Source: an uncultured Chitinophagaceae bacterium
GTDB lineage: Bacteria; Bacteroidota; Bacteroidia; Chitinophagales; Chitinophagaceae
NCBI GenBank assembly: GCA_937961055.1
Contig: CALCIN010000025.1
Location: 72,058 to 136,057, forward strand
Length of the DNA: 64,000 bases
Direction: 5' to 3'
The notes under the pieces are model-generated. The model searched no databases, was not told where the DNA came from, and was given only the letters and a program-made list of their open reading frames with translations. This document shows positions 19,751-28,534 of the stretch, in pieces; within the stretch, counting starts at the first letter, position 1; each line of letters begins with the position of its first letter. The translations under genes and the position numbers were made by a program.

Positions 19751-20806
19751 TTACTGAACCAATTTTATGACTGATTTTTCCGTGAGATAACCTGCTCCGT
19801 CCGTGATTACTTCGCGAACGCTGTCCAGTCCATCAGCAACAGCAGCTTTATCCTTCTCCAGAAATGCGATGGTCACCTGGTGGCGTGTTACTGTGCGCCG
19901 ATCAGCATTGATACTGTACACATAGCCGGTTTTGTCGTTTGCTTCTGCCACTGCTTCTATGGGGATCAGTTTTATTGCCTGCCGGGAAGCAGGTTGCAAA
20001 TGCACCCGACCAAACAAACCGGTAGCAAACCGGTGGCCTTCCGGCAGCACTTTTACTTCCACTTCATACGTACCGCTCAGCGGGTCAGCGCCCTGTGCTA
20101 TTTCCGTAACTACGCCGGAAAAAGTTTTTCCGGGATAAGCGTCCAGTTCCACTGTAGCACGGTCGCCTTTTTTCAATACGGCCCAATCTTTATCTGCTAC
20201 ACCAAAGCGAATCACCCAGTCGTTGCCTGCGGTACCACTGAAAAAGAAGACCGGTGCGCCGGGCGCTGCCATTTCACCTTCATTCATCAGTTTGCGCAGA
20301 ATGGTGCCGTTTTCGGTTGCCCTGATCTGTGCGTAATGCTGGTTGAATTGCGCAATACGCAAACCTTCTTCTGCCACCTGTAATTGCGTGCGGGCATTCT
20401 GTAGTTGCTCCAGCGTGGCCACCGTATCATTGTAGAGGTTTTGAATTCTGCCGGCATCGCGCTTTGCCTTCTCCACATTTTGTATGGCCTGTTGTACCTG
20501 CGCATTCACCTCGGTAAGATCGAGGGTTGCCAGCAATTGTCCTTTGGTGACGGCATCGCCTTCTTTGACGTATATCTTCGATATAACACCACCTATTTTA
20601 AAAGACAGGCGCGCCTCGGCAGTAGAAGCCATAACGCCGGAATAATTCAGCAAAGGGGCCCAGGTGGTATCAATAACAGGTTGAATTCTTACAGGCACTG
20701 CATCATCAATAGCAGGCGCTGCTTTCATTTGTTCACCGCATTTTGAAAAAATTACTACCACCAGCAGGGCAACAACCATACGACCTGTAAACAACAATTG
20801 ATTCAT
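19751..20806 (-). CDS. RND efflux periplasmic adaptor (membrane fusion protein, HlyD family)
   Basis: N-terminal TM, coiled-coil and lipoyl/beta-barrel regions; start taken at the internal Met to avoid overlapping the tolC stop. Confidence 0.85.
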   Translation of the reverse strand: MNQLLFTGRMVVALLVVVIFSKCGEQMKAAPAIDDAVPVRIQPVIDTTWAPLLNYSGVMASTAEARLSFKIGGVISKIYVKEGDAVTKGQLLATLDLTEVNAQVQQAIQNVEKAKRDAGRIQNLYNDTVATLEQLQNARTQLQVAEEGLRIAQFNQHYAQIRATENGTILRKLMNEGEMAAPGAPVFFFSGTAGNDWVIRFGVADKDWAVLKKGDRATVELDAYPGKTFSGVVTEIAQGADPLSGTYEVEVKVLPEGHRFATGLFGRVHLQPASRQAIKLIPIEAVAEANDKTGYVYSINADRRTVTRHQVTIAFLEKDKAAVADGLDSVREVITDGAGYLTEKSVIKLVQ

Positions 20807-20816
20807 AAAAAGCAGT

Positions 20817-22172
20817 TTAAAATTTATAAGAAGCGGTTGCATATTCCAGTTCTGCCGCTCTCGTTAATGCGGCCAGTTGGGCAAGAGAGTATTGTATTTG
20901 TGCATTGGTTAATTGCGTGCGTGCATCGATCAGTTCTATCTGCAGGGCCTGCCCTTCGCGGTACCGGCGCTCGGCAAGCCGGTAGGTTTCTGCACTGCTT
21001 TGCACTTCGTCGCGCAACGACTGCAACAACTGCAGCGCCGACCGGTAATTGTTCAGTGCGGTTTGTACCTGCAGGTTCAACTGCTGTTCCACTTCTTTGT
21101 ACCGCGCGCCCAGCGCTTCCAATTCCAGTTCAGATTGCCGGATTTTGAATTTGTTATCATTGGCCCGGAACAAGGGCCATTGCAACTGCAATCCACCTAA
21201 CTGGTAAAACTGGTCATTGTTGAATTTGACACCATATCCCTGGAAACCTATTTGGTAAAAAGCATTTACCACTGGAATGAAATAGGAACGATTGAGTTTG
21301 AGATTGGTATGGAGTATGCTTTGATAACTTTTCAATTGCGCCAGTTCTTCTCTTCGGTCAGGCGTTTCTGTTGCAATACTTTCAGGCAATTGCACCTGCT
21401 CCAGCAAACTGCTGTCTGTTTCCACTGCATTGGTAAGCGGCTCATTTAGTAAAAAATTAAAATAGGCGGCTGCATTCTGGCGGTTGTTCCGCGCTTCGAT
21501 GAGGAGGGTTTGCACCTGGCTTACCTGCGATTTGGCACGAAAAGTAACTTCACGGGTAGCCATATCATTTTGCACCAGCTTTTCAGCTACGCGCAAATTT
21601 TCGTTTGCCAGTTGCAGCGCATTGGTATAAATGTTCACCGCCTTGTCGGCCTGCAGGTATTGGTAATAGGCTCCCTTGATGTTTTTTACCAGTTCGCGTT
21701 TGTAGGCATCTATTTCCAACTGCCGCGTGCGGATGCGCTCTTCCTGTATTTCGCGGTTGTAGCCCAGTTGCCTGTTGTATACAGGTAGGGCCAGCTCTAC
21801 CCGCGTGTCATGGAAATTATTGGGGAGAAATTGCACACTCTGGTTGGCAAGCTGCGGAAATTTGCCGGAAGCCGTGAGTTGATTGAGGGTGGTATATACA
21901 TCGTTCAATAAATCCCCTACGGGGATATCGATCGAACGTCCGCCACTTGCAAGTGTATACTGCGAAGCAAAATCTGCACGTGGAAAGAATAACGATCGCG
22001 CCCGTTGTAAATCGAGCCGTGCTTGCTGCAAATTGAAATCCTTTTGCCGAAGCGCCAGGTTGCTGTCGAGACCGCGTTTGATATAATTGTCCAGCACCGT
22101 CTGCCCCTCCACCGCCTTCGACACATAACCCAGGCCCACCGCCATCATGACCGGTATTACCCAACCTTTCAT
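20817..22172 (-). CDS. TolC-family outer-membrane efflux protein
   Basis: 451 aa with duplicated coiled-coil/beta structure; first gene of the tolC-mfp-rnd operon. Confidence 0.85.
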   Translation of the reverse strand: MKGWVIPVMMAVGLGYVSKAVEGQTVLDNYIKRGLDSNLALRQKDFNLQQARLDLQRARSLFFPRADFASQYTLASGGRSIDIPVGDLLNDVYTTLNQLTASGKFPQLANQSVQFLPNNFHDTRVELALPVYNRQLGYNREIQEERIRTRQLEIDAYKRELVKNIKGAYYQYLQADKAVNIYTNALQLANENLRVAEKLVQNDMATREVTFRAKSQVSQVQTLLIEARNNRQNAAAYFNFLLNEPLTNAVETDSSLLEQVQLPESIATETPDRREELAQLKSYQSILHTNLKLNRSYFIPVVNAFYQIGFQGYGVKFNNDQFYQLGGLQLQWPLFRANDNKFKIRQSELELEALGARYKEVEQQLNLQVQTALNNYRSALQLLQSLRDEVQSSAETYRLAERRYREGQALQIELIDARTQLTNAQIQYSLAQLAALTRAAELEYATASYKF

Positions 22173-22456
22173 ACAACGTTGATTTAATTTATAATGTCAA
22201 TAATATTTACAGTGTTAAGTTCAGGGGCAAAAAAAATTCCGGAGCGTTTCAGGGTACGTGCTGCGTAGCCATGTTCCAGCAATCAATCAGCAACAGTAAA
22301 AAACAGCAAGGTTCACCAGCACTTCAGTTTTTCAGGGTATTGCGCAGGTCAAAATCATAATTGTTGCTACCTAAGCTTTGAAACGTAAACAGCAGGGAGC
22401 TTCTTCCAAAACTTCAACAACCTGCCCTCACCTTCTCAAAGCTCAAATGCCATACT

Positions 22457-23119
22457 TTACTGCTTCTCCGCTGCAGCTTCCAGCACATTCATCATCCAGT
22501 TCAGCGATTGCTGCATCATGGGCATGATCTGGTCACGTGATACGAGTTTTTCAAAGCGGTCCCGAATGGCCAGCGATACCAACCCATGTACCATCCCCCA
22601 GATGGTCATGGCCACAGCATTGATATCCCCTTTCATGATCAGGTTTTTTTCCATGCATTCGGCAAGGCAATCTTTCAACTTGTTCAGCGCTTCATCCCCA
22701 CTTTTCCATTGGCATTCAATCATATTGTCCAAGGCTTTCATCGGCGCCTGCTGGATGAACATCAAATCATAGAACTGCGGATTTTCCAGGCCAAACCGAA
22801 TATAGTTCTCGCCCATTTTCTGCAGCCGCAACAGCGGGTTCCTGATCTCCCACAACGTAGCATTGTACTCGGCCAGTTTGCGGAAACCCATTTCGTGCAA
22901 CTCAAAAAGGATATCGTTTTTATCCTTGAAATACAGGTATACGGTGGTAGGACTGTATTCAATAAGGTCGGCGATTTTACGTATAGACACCTTCTCGAAC
23001 CCTTCTTCCACAAAGAGTTTCATTGAAGCATCAAGGATTAATTTCCTCACTTCCTGCTTCTGCTTTTCTTTACGTTCTGCTATTCCCATTGGTTCCAGTT
23101 GAGCTGGTGAAAAATTCAA
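22457..23119 (-). CDS. TetR/AcrR-family transcriptional regulator
   Basis: N-terminal HTH (FVEEGFEKVSIRKIADLIEYSPTTVYLYFKDK); upstream of the efflux operon on the same strand. Confidence 0.85.
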   Translation of the reverse strand: MNFSPAQLEPMGIAERKEKQKQEVRKLILDASMKLFVEEGFEKVSIRKIADLIEYSPTTVYLYFKDKNDILFELHEMGFRKLAEYNATLWEIRNPLLRLQKMGENYIRFGLENPQFYDLMFIQQAPMKALDNMIECQWKSGDEALNKLKDCLAECMEKNLIMKGDINAVAMTIWGMVHGLVSLAIRDRFEKLVSRDQIMPMMQQSLNWMMNVLEAAAEKQ

Positions 23120-23443
23120 TGCAATAAACTACAAATTCCTTTATTCTCCGGATGCGTACTATTAAAACAACAGCTTCGCTACATTGTCCCGATTCTATCA
23201 CAATTTGCCACCCGGAACCCCGCATTTTTCACCAACATTACACTGCAAATATAATTAACACTGTTAACTTGCAAAATATTGGGTCTATTTTTTTCAAAAA
23301 AATTTCTTGCGGCGGCAGCATTGTCATACAAGCACTTCTTTTCCACATCTTTTGCCAAATTATAAGCGCACCCGTCCGGAGAACGCAGCCTGTACTAAGT
23401 TTACCATTGGTATTTACTTACATTTGCCTGCGAGGGAAGACTC

Positions 23444-25270
23444 ATGGATAAATTCATTGTTTCTGCAAGAAAATACAGACCGCAAACCTTTGATACAGTA
23501 GTTGGCCAGGGGCATATCACTACCACCCTGAAAAATGCTATCAGGAACCATCAGCTGGCGCATGCCTTTTTATTCTGTGGTCCGCGTGGCGTGGGGAAAA
23601 CCACCTGTGCGCGCATACTGGCCAAAACCATCAATTGCGAAAATCCTACGCCCGAAGGCGAAGCCTGCAATAGCTGTCATTCCTGTACTTCATTCAATGA
23701 AGGTACCTCACTGAATATTCATGAACTGGACGCTGCCAGCAACAACTCGGTGGATGATATCCGCGCGCTGGTAGAGCAGGTACGTTTTGCGCCGCAGGCC
23801 GGAAAGTATAAGGTGTACATCATCGATGAGGTGCACATGCTCAGTTCTTCGGCTTTCAACGCTTTTCTGAAGACGCTGGAAGAACCACCCTCCTATGCCA
23901 TTTTCATTTTGGCTACCACGGAAAAGCATAAGATACTGCCCACCATCCTGAGCCGGTGCCAGATTTTCGATTTCAAAAGAATCACCGCCAACGATACGGT
24001 AGGGCATTTGCAACAGATCACTGCCAAAGAAAATATATCGGCCGAAAAAGCCGCGCTGCAGGTTATTGCCCAAAAGAGCGAAGGCTGTATGCGCGATGCT
24101 TTGAGCATCCTCGATAAAATTGTAAGCTTTACCAGCGGCACCGTTACTTATCAGAATACGCTGGAGCACCTCAATATTCTCGATGCCGACTATTATTTCA
24201 AAATACTGGAAGGTATACAGCAACAGGACCTGGCCACTGTATTGTTGTTGTACGATGATATAGACCGTAAAGGATTTGAAGGCGACCTGGTGCTGAACGG
24301 GCTGATGGAATTCATGCGCAACCTGCTGGTATGCAAAGACCAGAAAGTTGCCGGTTTGCTGGAAGTAGTGGAAAATTTCCGCGACCGGTACATCACGGCG
24401 GCCAACCAGCTCTCCGCCGCGTGGCTGATCAGCGCACTGAATGTATTGAACGAAGCCGAGATCAATTACAAAGGAGCCAGAAACAAGCGGCTGCATGTGG
24501 AACTGGCGCTGATCAAACTCACCTACCTGCAACAGGCACTGGAGTTTGCCGACGGAGACACGTCTGTTAAAAAAAAAGTGAATAGTGGCGGAAAAGCGGT
24601 AGCCTTTCGCAGCCTGCAGATAAAAGAAGATAAAAATCCGAAAGCAGCAACTAGTATTGCAAGAGAAAATACGCCCTCAGGCTTACCGGAAACAAAAACA
24701 ACCACTGCTGCACCTGCAGCGAAACTGATCATCGAAACCAAAAAACCTGAACCGCTACCGGTACAACCTGCCACTCCTGTTCAGCCCGTTACCACGCCAC
24801 GGCCTGCCGCTACCGTCCCATCAAAAGGTTTGCTGCAAAACATACGACAGCAAATAGCCAGCCGCCAAACCGGCAATGGAGAGAGCAAAATCATTCCGCT
24901 GGAAACAGCAAAACTACAGGCTGCCTGGAAGACCTATACCCAGCAACTAAAAGACAACAAGAACCCCGCCGCCCAGCCTTTCGATATGGCGCGTCTCCGC
25001 ATTACCGGGGAATCTTCCTTTGAAGTAATCACCAACAACAACCTGGAACAGAAATTCATTGAGCAGGAGCGGCGCAACTTATCCGAATTTCTTCAGCAGG
25101 AATTCAATAACCGGTCGCTGGTGTATACCATCCTGGTAGATGAAAACGTAGTGATGCAGGAACCGGAAGAACCGACCTTAAACACCAAGCAACAATTCCA
25201 GAAAATCGTGGAGCAGTACCCGTTAGTAAAGGAATTGAAAGACCGTTTGCGGCTGGAACTGGATTACTAA
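23444..25270 (+). CDS. dnaX: DNA polymerase III subunit gamma/tau
   Basis: Walker A GPRGVGKTT, zinc module CNSCHSC, SRC motif; 608 aa with a Pro/Ala/Thr-rich linker. Confidence 0.95.
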   Translation: MDKFIVSARKYRPQTFDTVVGQGHITTTLKNAIRNHQLAHAFLFCGPRGVGKTTCARILAKTINCENPTPEGEACNSCHSCTSFNEGTSLNIHELDAASNNSVDDIRALVEQVRFAPQAGKYKVYIIDEVHMLSSSAFNAFLKTLEEPPSYAIFILATTEKHKILPTILSRCQIFDFKRITANDTVGHLQQITAKENISAEKAALQVIAQKSEGCMRDALSILDKIVSFTSGTVTYQNTLEHLNILDADYYFKILEGIQQQDLATVLLLYDDIDRKGFEGDLVLNGLMEFMRNLLVCKDQKVAGLLEVVENFRDRYITAANQLSAAWLISALNVLNEAEINYKGARNKRLHVELALIKLTYLQQALEFADGDTSVKKKVNSGGKAVAFRSLQIKEDKNPKAATSIARENTPSGLPETKTTTAAPAAKLIIETKKPEPLPVQPATPVQPVTTPRPAATVPSKGLLQNIRQQIASRQTGNGESKIIPLETAKLQAAWKTYTQQLKDNKNPAAQPFDMARLRITGESSFEVITNNNLEQKFIEQERRNLSEFLQQEFNNRSLVYTILVDENVVMQEPEEPTLNTKQQFQKIVEQYPLVKELKDRLRLELDY

Positions 25271-25909
25271 TGGCTTTTTTGCTTTACCATAAAGCATGCC
25301 GGACAGCCTGGACCATGAACATTCGATTATCTGGCGCCAACCGTCCGGCATCGCTATTCGCATGCAGCCTTTGTGGTCCTTTCCATTAATGCATGAAACC
25401 GGCCTGTAGTTCCATCAATCACTTGAAACAATAAAACACATACACCTTCAATTCTTCAAGGCTGTCAGTGACCACTGTAGGGAGTTCGCTTAACTCGTTT
25501 TCAACAAAGCTATCGCCGGAAAAATAGGCATAGTCTTCCAGTGCAGTAGCCAATACAATCAGGGTAAGGTACACGATATGCTGGCCATAACTTTCTTCAC
25601 TTCATTGCTGTACGCAGCGGATGGCCGTTTAATACTTTTCCGGAACATCGGCAGGAGTGGCCGGGTAAGGCAGGGGTTCAGGGTCCATGAGGGAGGTTTG
25701 GAGGATAATAAATTTATGGAGATTACGAAAAAACAGCTTGGGCAATGGTCATTTGTAATGCACAACTCCCATCCCTGCTTTAATCCTAATTCTTAATTCC
25801 TTGTTCCTTATTCATTATTCCCTCCGTATGCCGGTAAATTGCACATTTTGCCTTAATTTCGGCCTCTCAAAGACAATCCAACCAATCATCTCAAATCTTT
25901 GATACACAT

Positions 25910-27517
25910 ATGGCTGAAGTGATTTTAATGCCCCGGCTGAGCGATACCATGACAGAAGGCGTGATTGCGGCCTGGCATAAAAAGGTAGGCGATAAAGTAA
26001 AGAAAGGAGACCTCCTGGCCGAGGTGGAAACAGATAAAGCCACCATGGAACTGGAAAGTTATAAAGACGGCACCTTGCTGCATATCGGCACTGAAAAAGG
26101 CGGCAAGTTGCAGGTAAATGACTTATTGGCTATTATCGGTGCACCGGGTGAAGACATAAGTTCCCTGGTATCGGAAGGCGGTAAGAAAGCTTCCACCAGC
26201 GCTGCGCCGGCGCAGACCCCTTCTCCCCAACCGGCAGCCGCCGCCCCGGCAGCCGGCAGTTCATTAGACCTGAGCAGCATGCCTGAAGTGATTCTCATGC
26301 CGCGTCTGAGCGATACCATGACAGAAGGCGTGATTGCCCAATGGCATAAAAAAGTTGGAGACACTGTAAAGAAAGGCGACCTGCTGGCTGATGTGGAAAC
26401 CGACAAAGCCACTATGGAGCTGGAAAGTTATAAGGAAGGAAAATTGTTGTACCTCGGCGCCGAAAAAGGCGACAAAGTACCGGTCAACGCCTTGTTGTGT
26501 ATCATTGGTGATGAAAAGAAGGTAGATGTAGAGAAGATCGTGGCCGCTGCCAAATCGGGCGGTGCGCAACAACCCGCTGCACAACCGGCCCAGCCAGCCC
26601 AACAGGCGCAACCGGCGGCTGCCACTGCGGCACCGCAGCAGGCTGCGGCAACTACAACAACCAACGGCCGCGTAAAAGCATCTCCCCTTGCCAAAAAACT
26701 TGCTGCTGAAAGAGGCATCGATATTTCCAAAATACCGGGCACCGGCGATGGCGGACGCGTCACCAAACGCGATGTAGACAATTACGTGCCAACCGCGGCT
26801 CCTGCCGGCGCACCTGCTGCCGCTCCTGCCGGACAGGTAAGCTTCGAAGAAATACCCGTATCGCAAATGCGCAAGACCATTGCGCGCAGGCTGGCAGAAA
26901 GCAAATTCTCTGCGCCCCATTTCTACCTGACCATGGCCATCAATATGGACAAGGCAGTAGAAAGCCGTGCGAAACTGAATGAAATCTCTCCTGTAAAGAT
27001 CAGTTTCAACGATATGGTGATCAAAGCCTGTGCACTGGCCCTGAAGCAACACCCCAAAGTGAACAGCAGTTGGCTGGGCGATAAAATACGGGTGAATCAC
27101 CATGTTAATATCGGCGTGGCTGTTGCCGTGGAAGAAGGATTGCTGGTGCCGGTAGTGCGTTTTGCCGATACCAAATCGCTGTCGCAAATTGCCAAAGAAG
27201 TAAAGGAATTCGCACAAAAAGCAAAAGATAAAAAATTGCAGCCTGCCGATTGGGAAGGCAACACTTTCACCATCAGCAACCTCGGTATGTTTGGTATTGA
27301 AGAATTTACTGCCATCATCAATCCGCCAGACTCCTGCATCCTGGCAGTAGGCGCCATTAACCAGGTGCCGGTGGTGAAGAATGGTCAGGTTACCGTAGGC
27401 AATATTATGAAGGTGACCATGAGCTGCGACCATCGCGTGGTGGACGGCGCAACGGGTGCGGCATTCCTGCAAACACTGCAGCGCCTGCTCGAAGAACCGT
27501 TGAGCATGCTGGTATAA
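25910..27517 (+). CDS. Dihydrolipoamide acyltransferase E2 of a 2-oxoacid (pyruvate) dehydrogenase complex, with two lipoyl domains
   Basis: Two lipoyl domains (ETDKATMELES ×2), Ala/Pro linkers, E3-binding domain, catalytic DHRVVDG. Confidence 0.92.
   Translation: MAEVILMPRLSDTMTEGVIAAWHKKVGDKVKKGDLLAEVETDKATMELESYKDGTLLHIGTEKGGKLQVNDLLAIIGAPGEDISSLVSEGGKKASTSAAPAQTPSPQPAAAAPAAGSSLDLSSMPEVILMPRLSDTMTEGVIAQWHKKVGDTVKKGDLLADVETDKATMELESYKEGKLLYLGAEKGDKVPVNALLCIIGDEKKVDVEKIVAAAKSGGAQQPAAQPAQPAQQAQPAAATAAPQQAAATTTTNGRVKASPLAKKLAAERGIDISKIPGTGDGGRVTKRDVDNYVPTAAPAGAPAAAPAGQVSFEEIPVSQMRKTIARRLAESKFSAPHFYLTMAINMDKAVESRAKLNEISPVKISFNDMVIKACALALKQHPKVNSSWLGDKIRVNHHVNIGVAVAVEEGLLVPVVRFADTKSLSQIAKEVKEFAQKAKDKKLQPADWEGNTFTISNLGMFGIEEFTAIINPPDSCILAVGAINQVPVVKNGQVTVGNIMKVTMSCDHRVVDGATGAAFLQTLQRLLEEPLSMLV
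25913..26540 (+). repeat. Internal tandem duplication encoding the two lipoyl domains (about 80 percent nucleotide identity, ~370 bp period)
   Basis: gaagtgatt(t/c)t(a/c)atgcc…ctggaaagttataa appears twice, at 25913 and 26282. Confidence 0.8.
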
Positions 27518-27548
27518 AGCCGAACACTTTTATTGAAAAATATACATG

Positions 27549-27577
27549 TCCCGCTCCTGAAGAGCGGGATTTTTTTT
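27549..27577 (+). terminator. Rho-independent terminator (tcccgctc-ctgaa-gagcggga followed by T8)
   Basis: Perfect 8-bp stem followed by tttttttt, 30 bp after the E2 stop. Confidence 0.8.
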
Positions 27578-27955
27578 GCCTGCCATCGCAACCTATGCGG
27601 ATTTTTTCACGTAGCCATCTCCGGCACAAGGTCCATGTCCGCATTGCAAAAGCAGCTGTAGTTTTTTAGTATAACATTGATTTTTGCATTGCCCTAAACT
27701 AAATCGGTTACCCACATAATTTTTTTAACATCCCAAACACCTGTGGTTTTACGTTATACTTCATGCAATTATACATAAATCGAAACATCCTTGTATAGCC
27801 GATGGGAGAATTACGATTTAGAACACCAAAACCTTTTTCTAAATTGGCAATCTGTTGAAGACCATTCAACATCCAATCCTCCGAAACGCCCATGGCATAA
27901 GTTTTTCAGATGCCTGATAATGACAGTTTTCCTTTCTTACCACAAATTGAATTGT

Positions 27956-28465
27956 ATGAAAACATTCACCAGTGTTTGTTCCATGCTGTTGCTGTTGTCG
28001 TGCCTTTCCTGTCAGAAAAAAGTTTCGGACCCTCTGCAAGAAAACAACCAGAAAGCAGCAGCATTCAAATCGTACCTGGTCCAGAACAGCAAATTCCGCC
28101 TTGTGGATTTCTATGCTGAAAGCCCTATAGATTATGATAAGAATGATGATGGGGTAACCATGGAAACTGATTTAAAAAAATACATCCGCCATTACCTGAT
28201 AGATGATGATATCATTTTTAACAGCAATGGCAATGTAACTTTTGTACAGCACACGGTAAAAATTGGCAATAACGATGACGAAGAAGTGACTATGCCTTTC
28301 AATACCCGCGGCGACTATTCCGGCGTGCTGGTTGATTTTGCCGATGACCTGTACCAGCCCTTTACCTACTACCTATATGAAAAGGGCGATACGTATTTCA
28401 TACTTGGTTACAAGCGACCCAACGAAAATGTGTGGTTATTGTCGCGCTACGAAATGGTATTGTAA
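27956..28465 (+). CDS. Hypothetical lipoprotein
   Basis: Lipobox-type signal MKTFTSVCSMLLLLSCLSC; 169 aa from the internal Met; no family recognised. Confidence 0.6.
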   Translation: MKTFTSVCSMLLLLSCLSCQKKVSDPLQENNQKAAAFKSYLVQNSKFRLVDFYAESPIDYDKNDDGVTMETDLKKYIRHYLIDDDIIFNSNGNVTFVQHTVKIGNNDDEEVTMPFNTRGDYSGVLVDFADDLYQPFTYYLYEKGDTYFILGYKRPNENVWLLSRYEMVL

Positions 28466-28534
28466 CCCCGCTTTGATAACAGCTTTTTGCAGACAGCACA
28501 TGTAGAGTAATATACATGGGGCGCCGGATAGCAT

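Noticed and set aside
20807-20842. 26-bp apparent overlap between the membrane fusion protein ORF and tolC
   Set aside because: Resolved by using the internal Met (MNQLLF…) as the adaptor start, which leaves an 11-bp gap; not evidence of a frameshift or fusion
23380-23410. SRP RNA (4.5S) domain IV-like motif GTCCGGAGAACGCAGCC just upstream of dnaX, where ffs is found in some bacteria
   Set aside because: The match to the conserved GUCCGGAAGGAAGCAGCC is imperfect (no GNRA tetraloop, two nt missing), and I could not fold the flanks into the symmetric-loop helix; probably coincidental. Infernal with RF00169 would settle it.
23708-24532. 274-aa ORF antisense to dnaX
   Set aside because: dnaX is unambiguous (Walker A, zinc module); the antisense frame has no start context or family resemblance
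26264-27472. 402-aa ORF antisense to the E2 acyltransferase gene
   Set aside because: Cys/Arg/Gly-rich translation characteristic of the reverse frame of an Ala/Pro-rich gene; the E2 gene is certain
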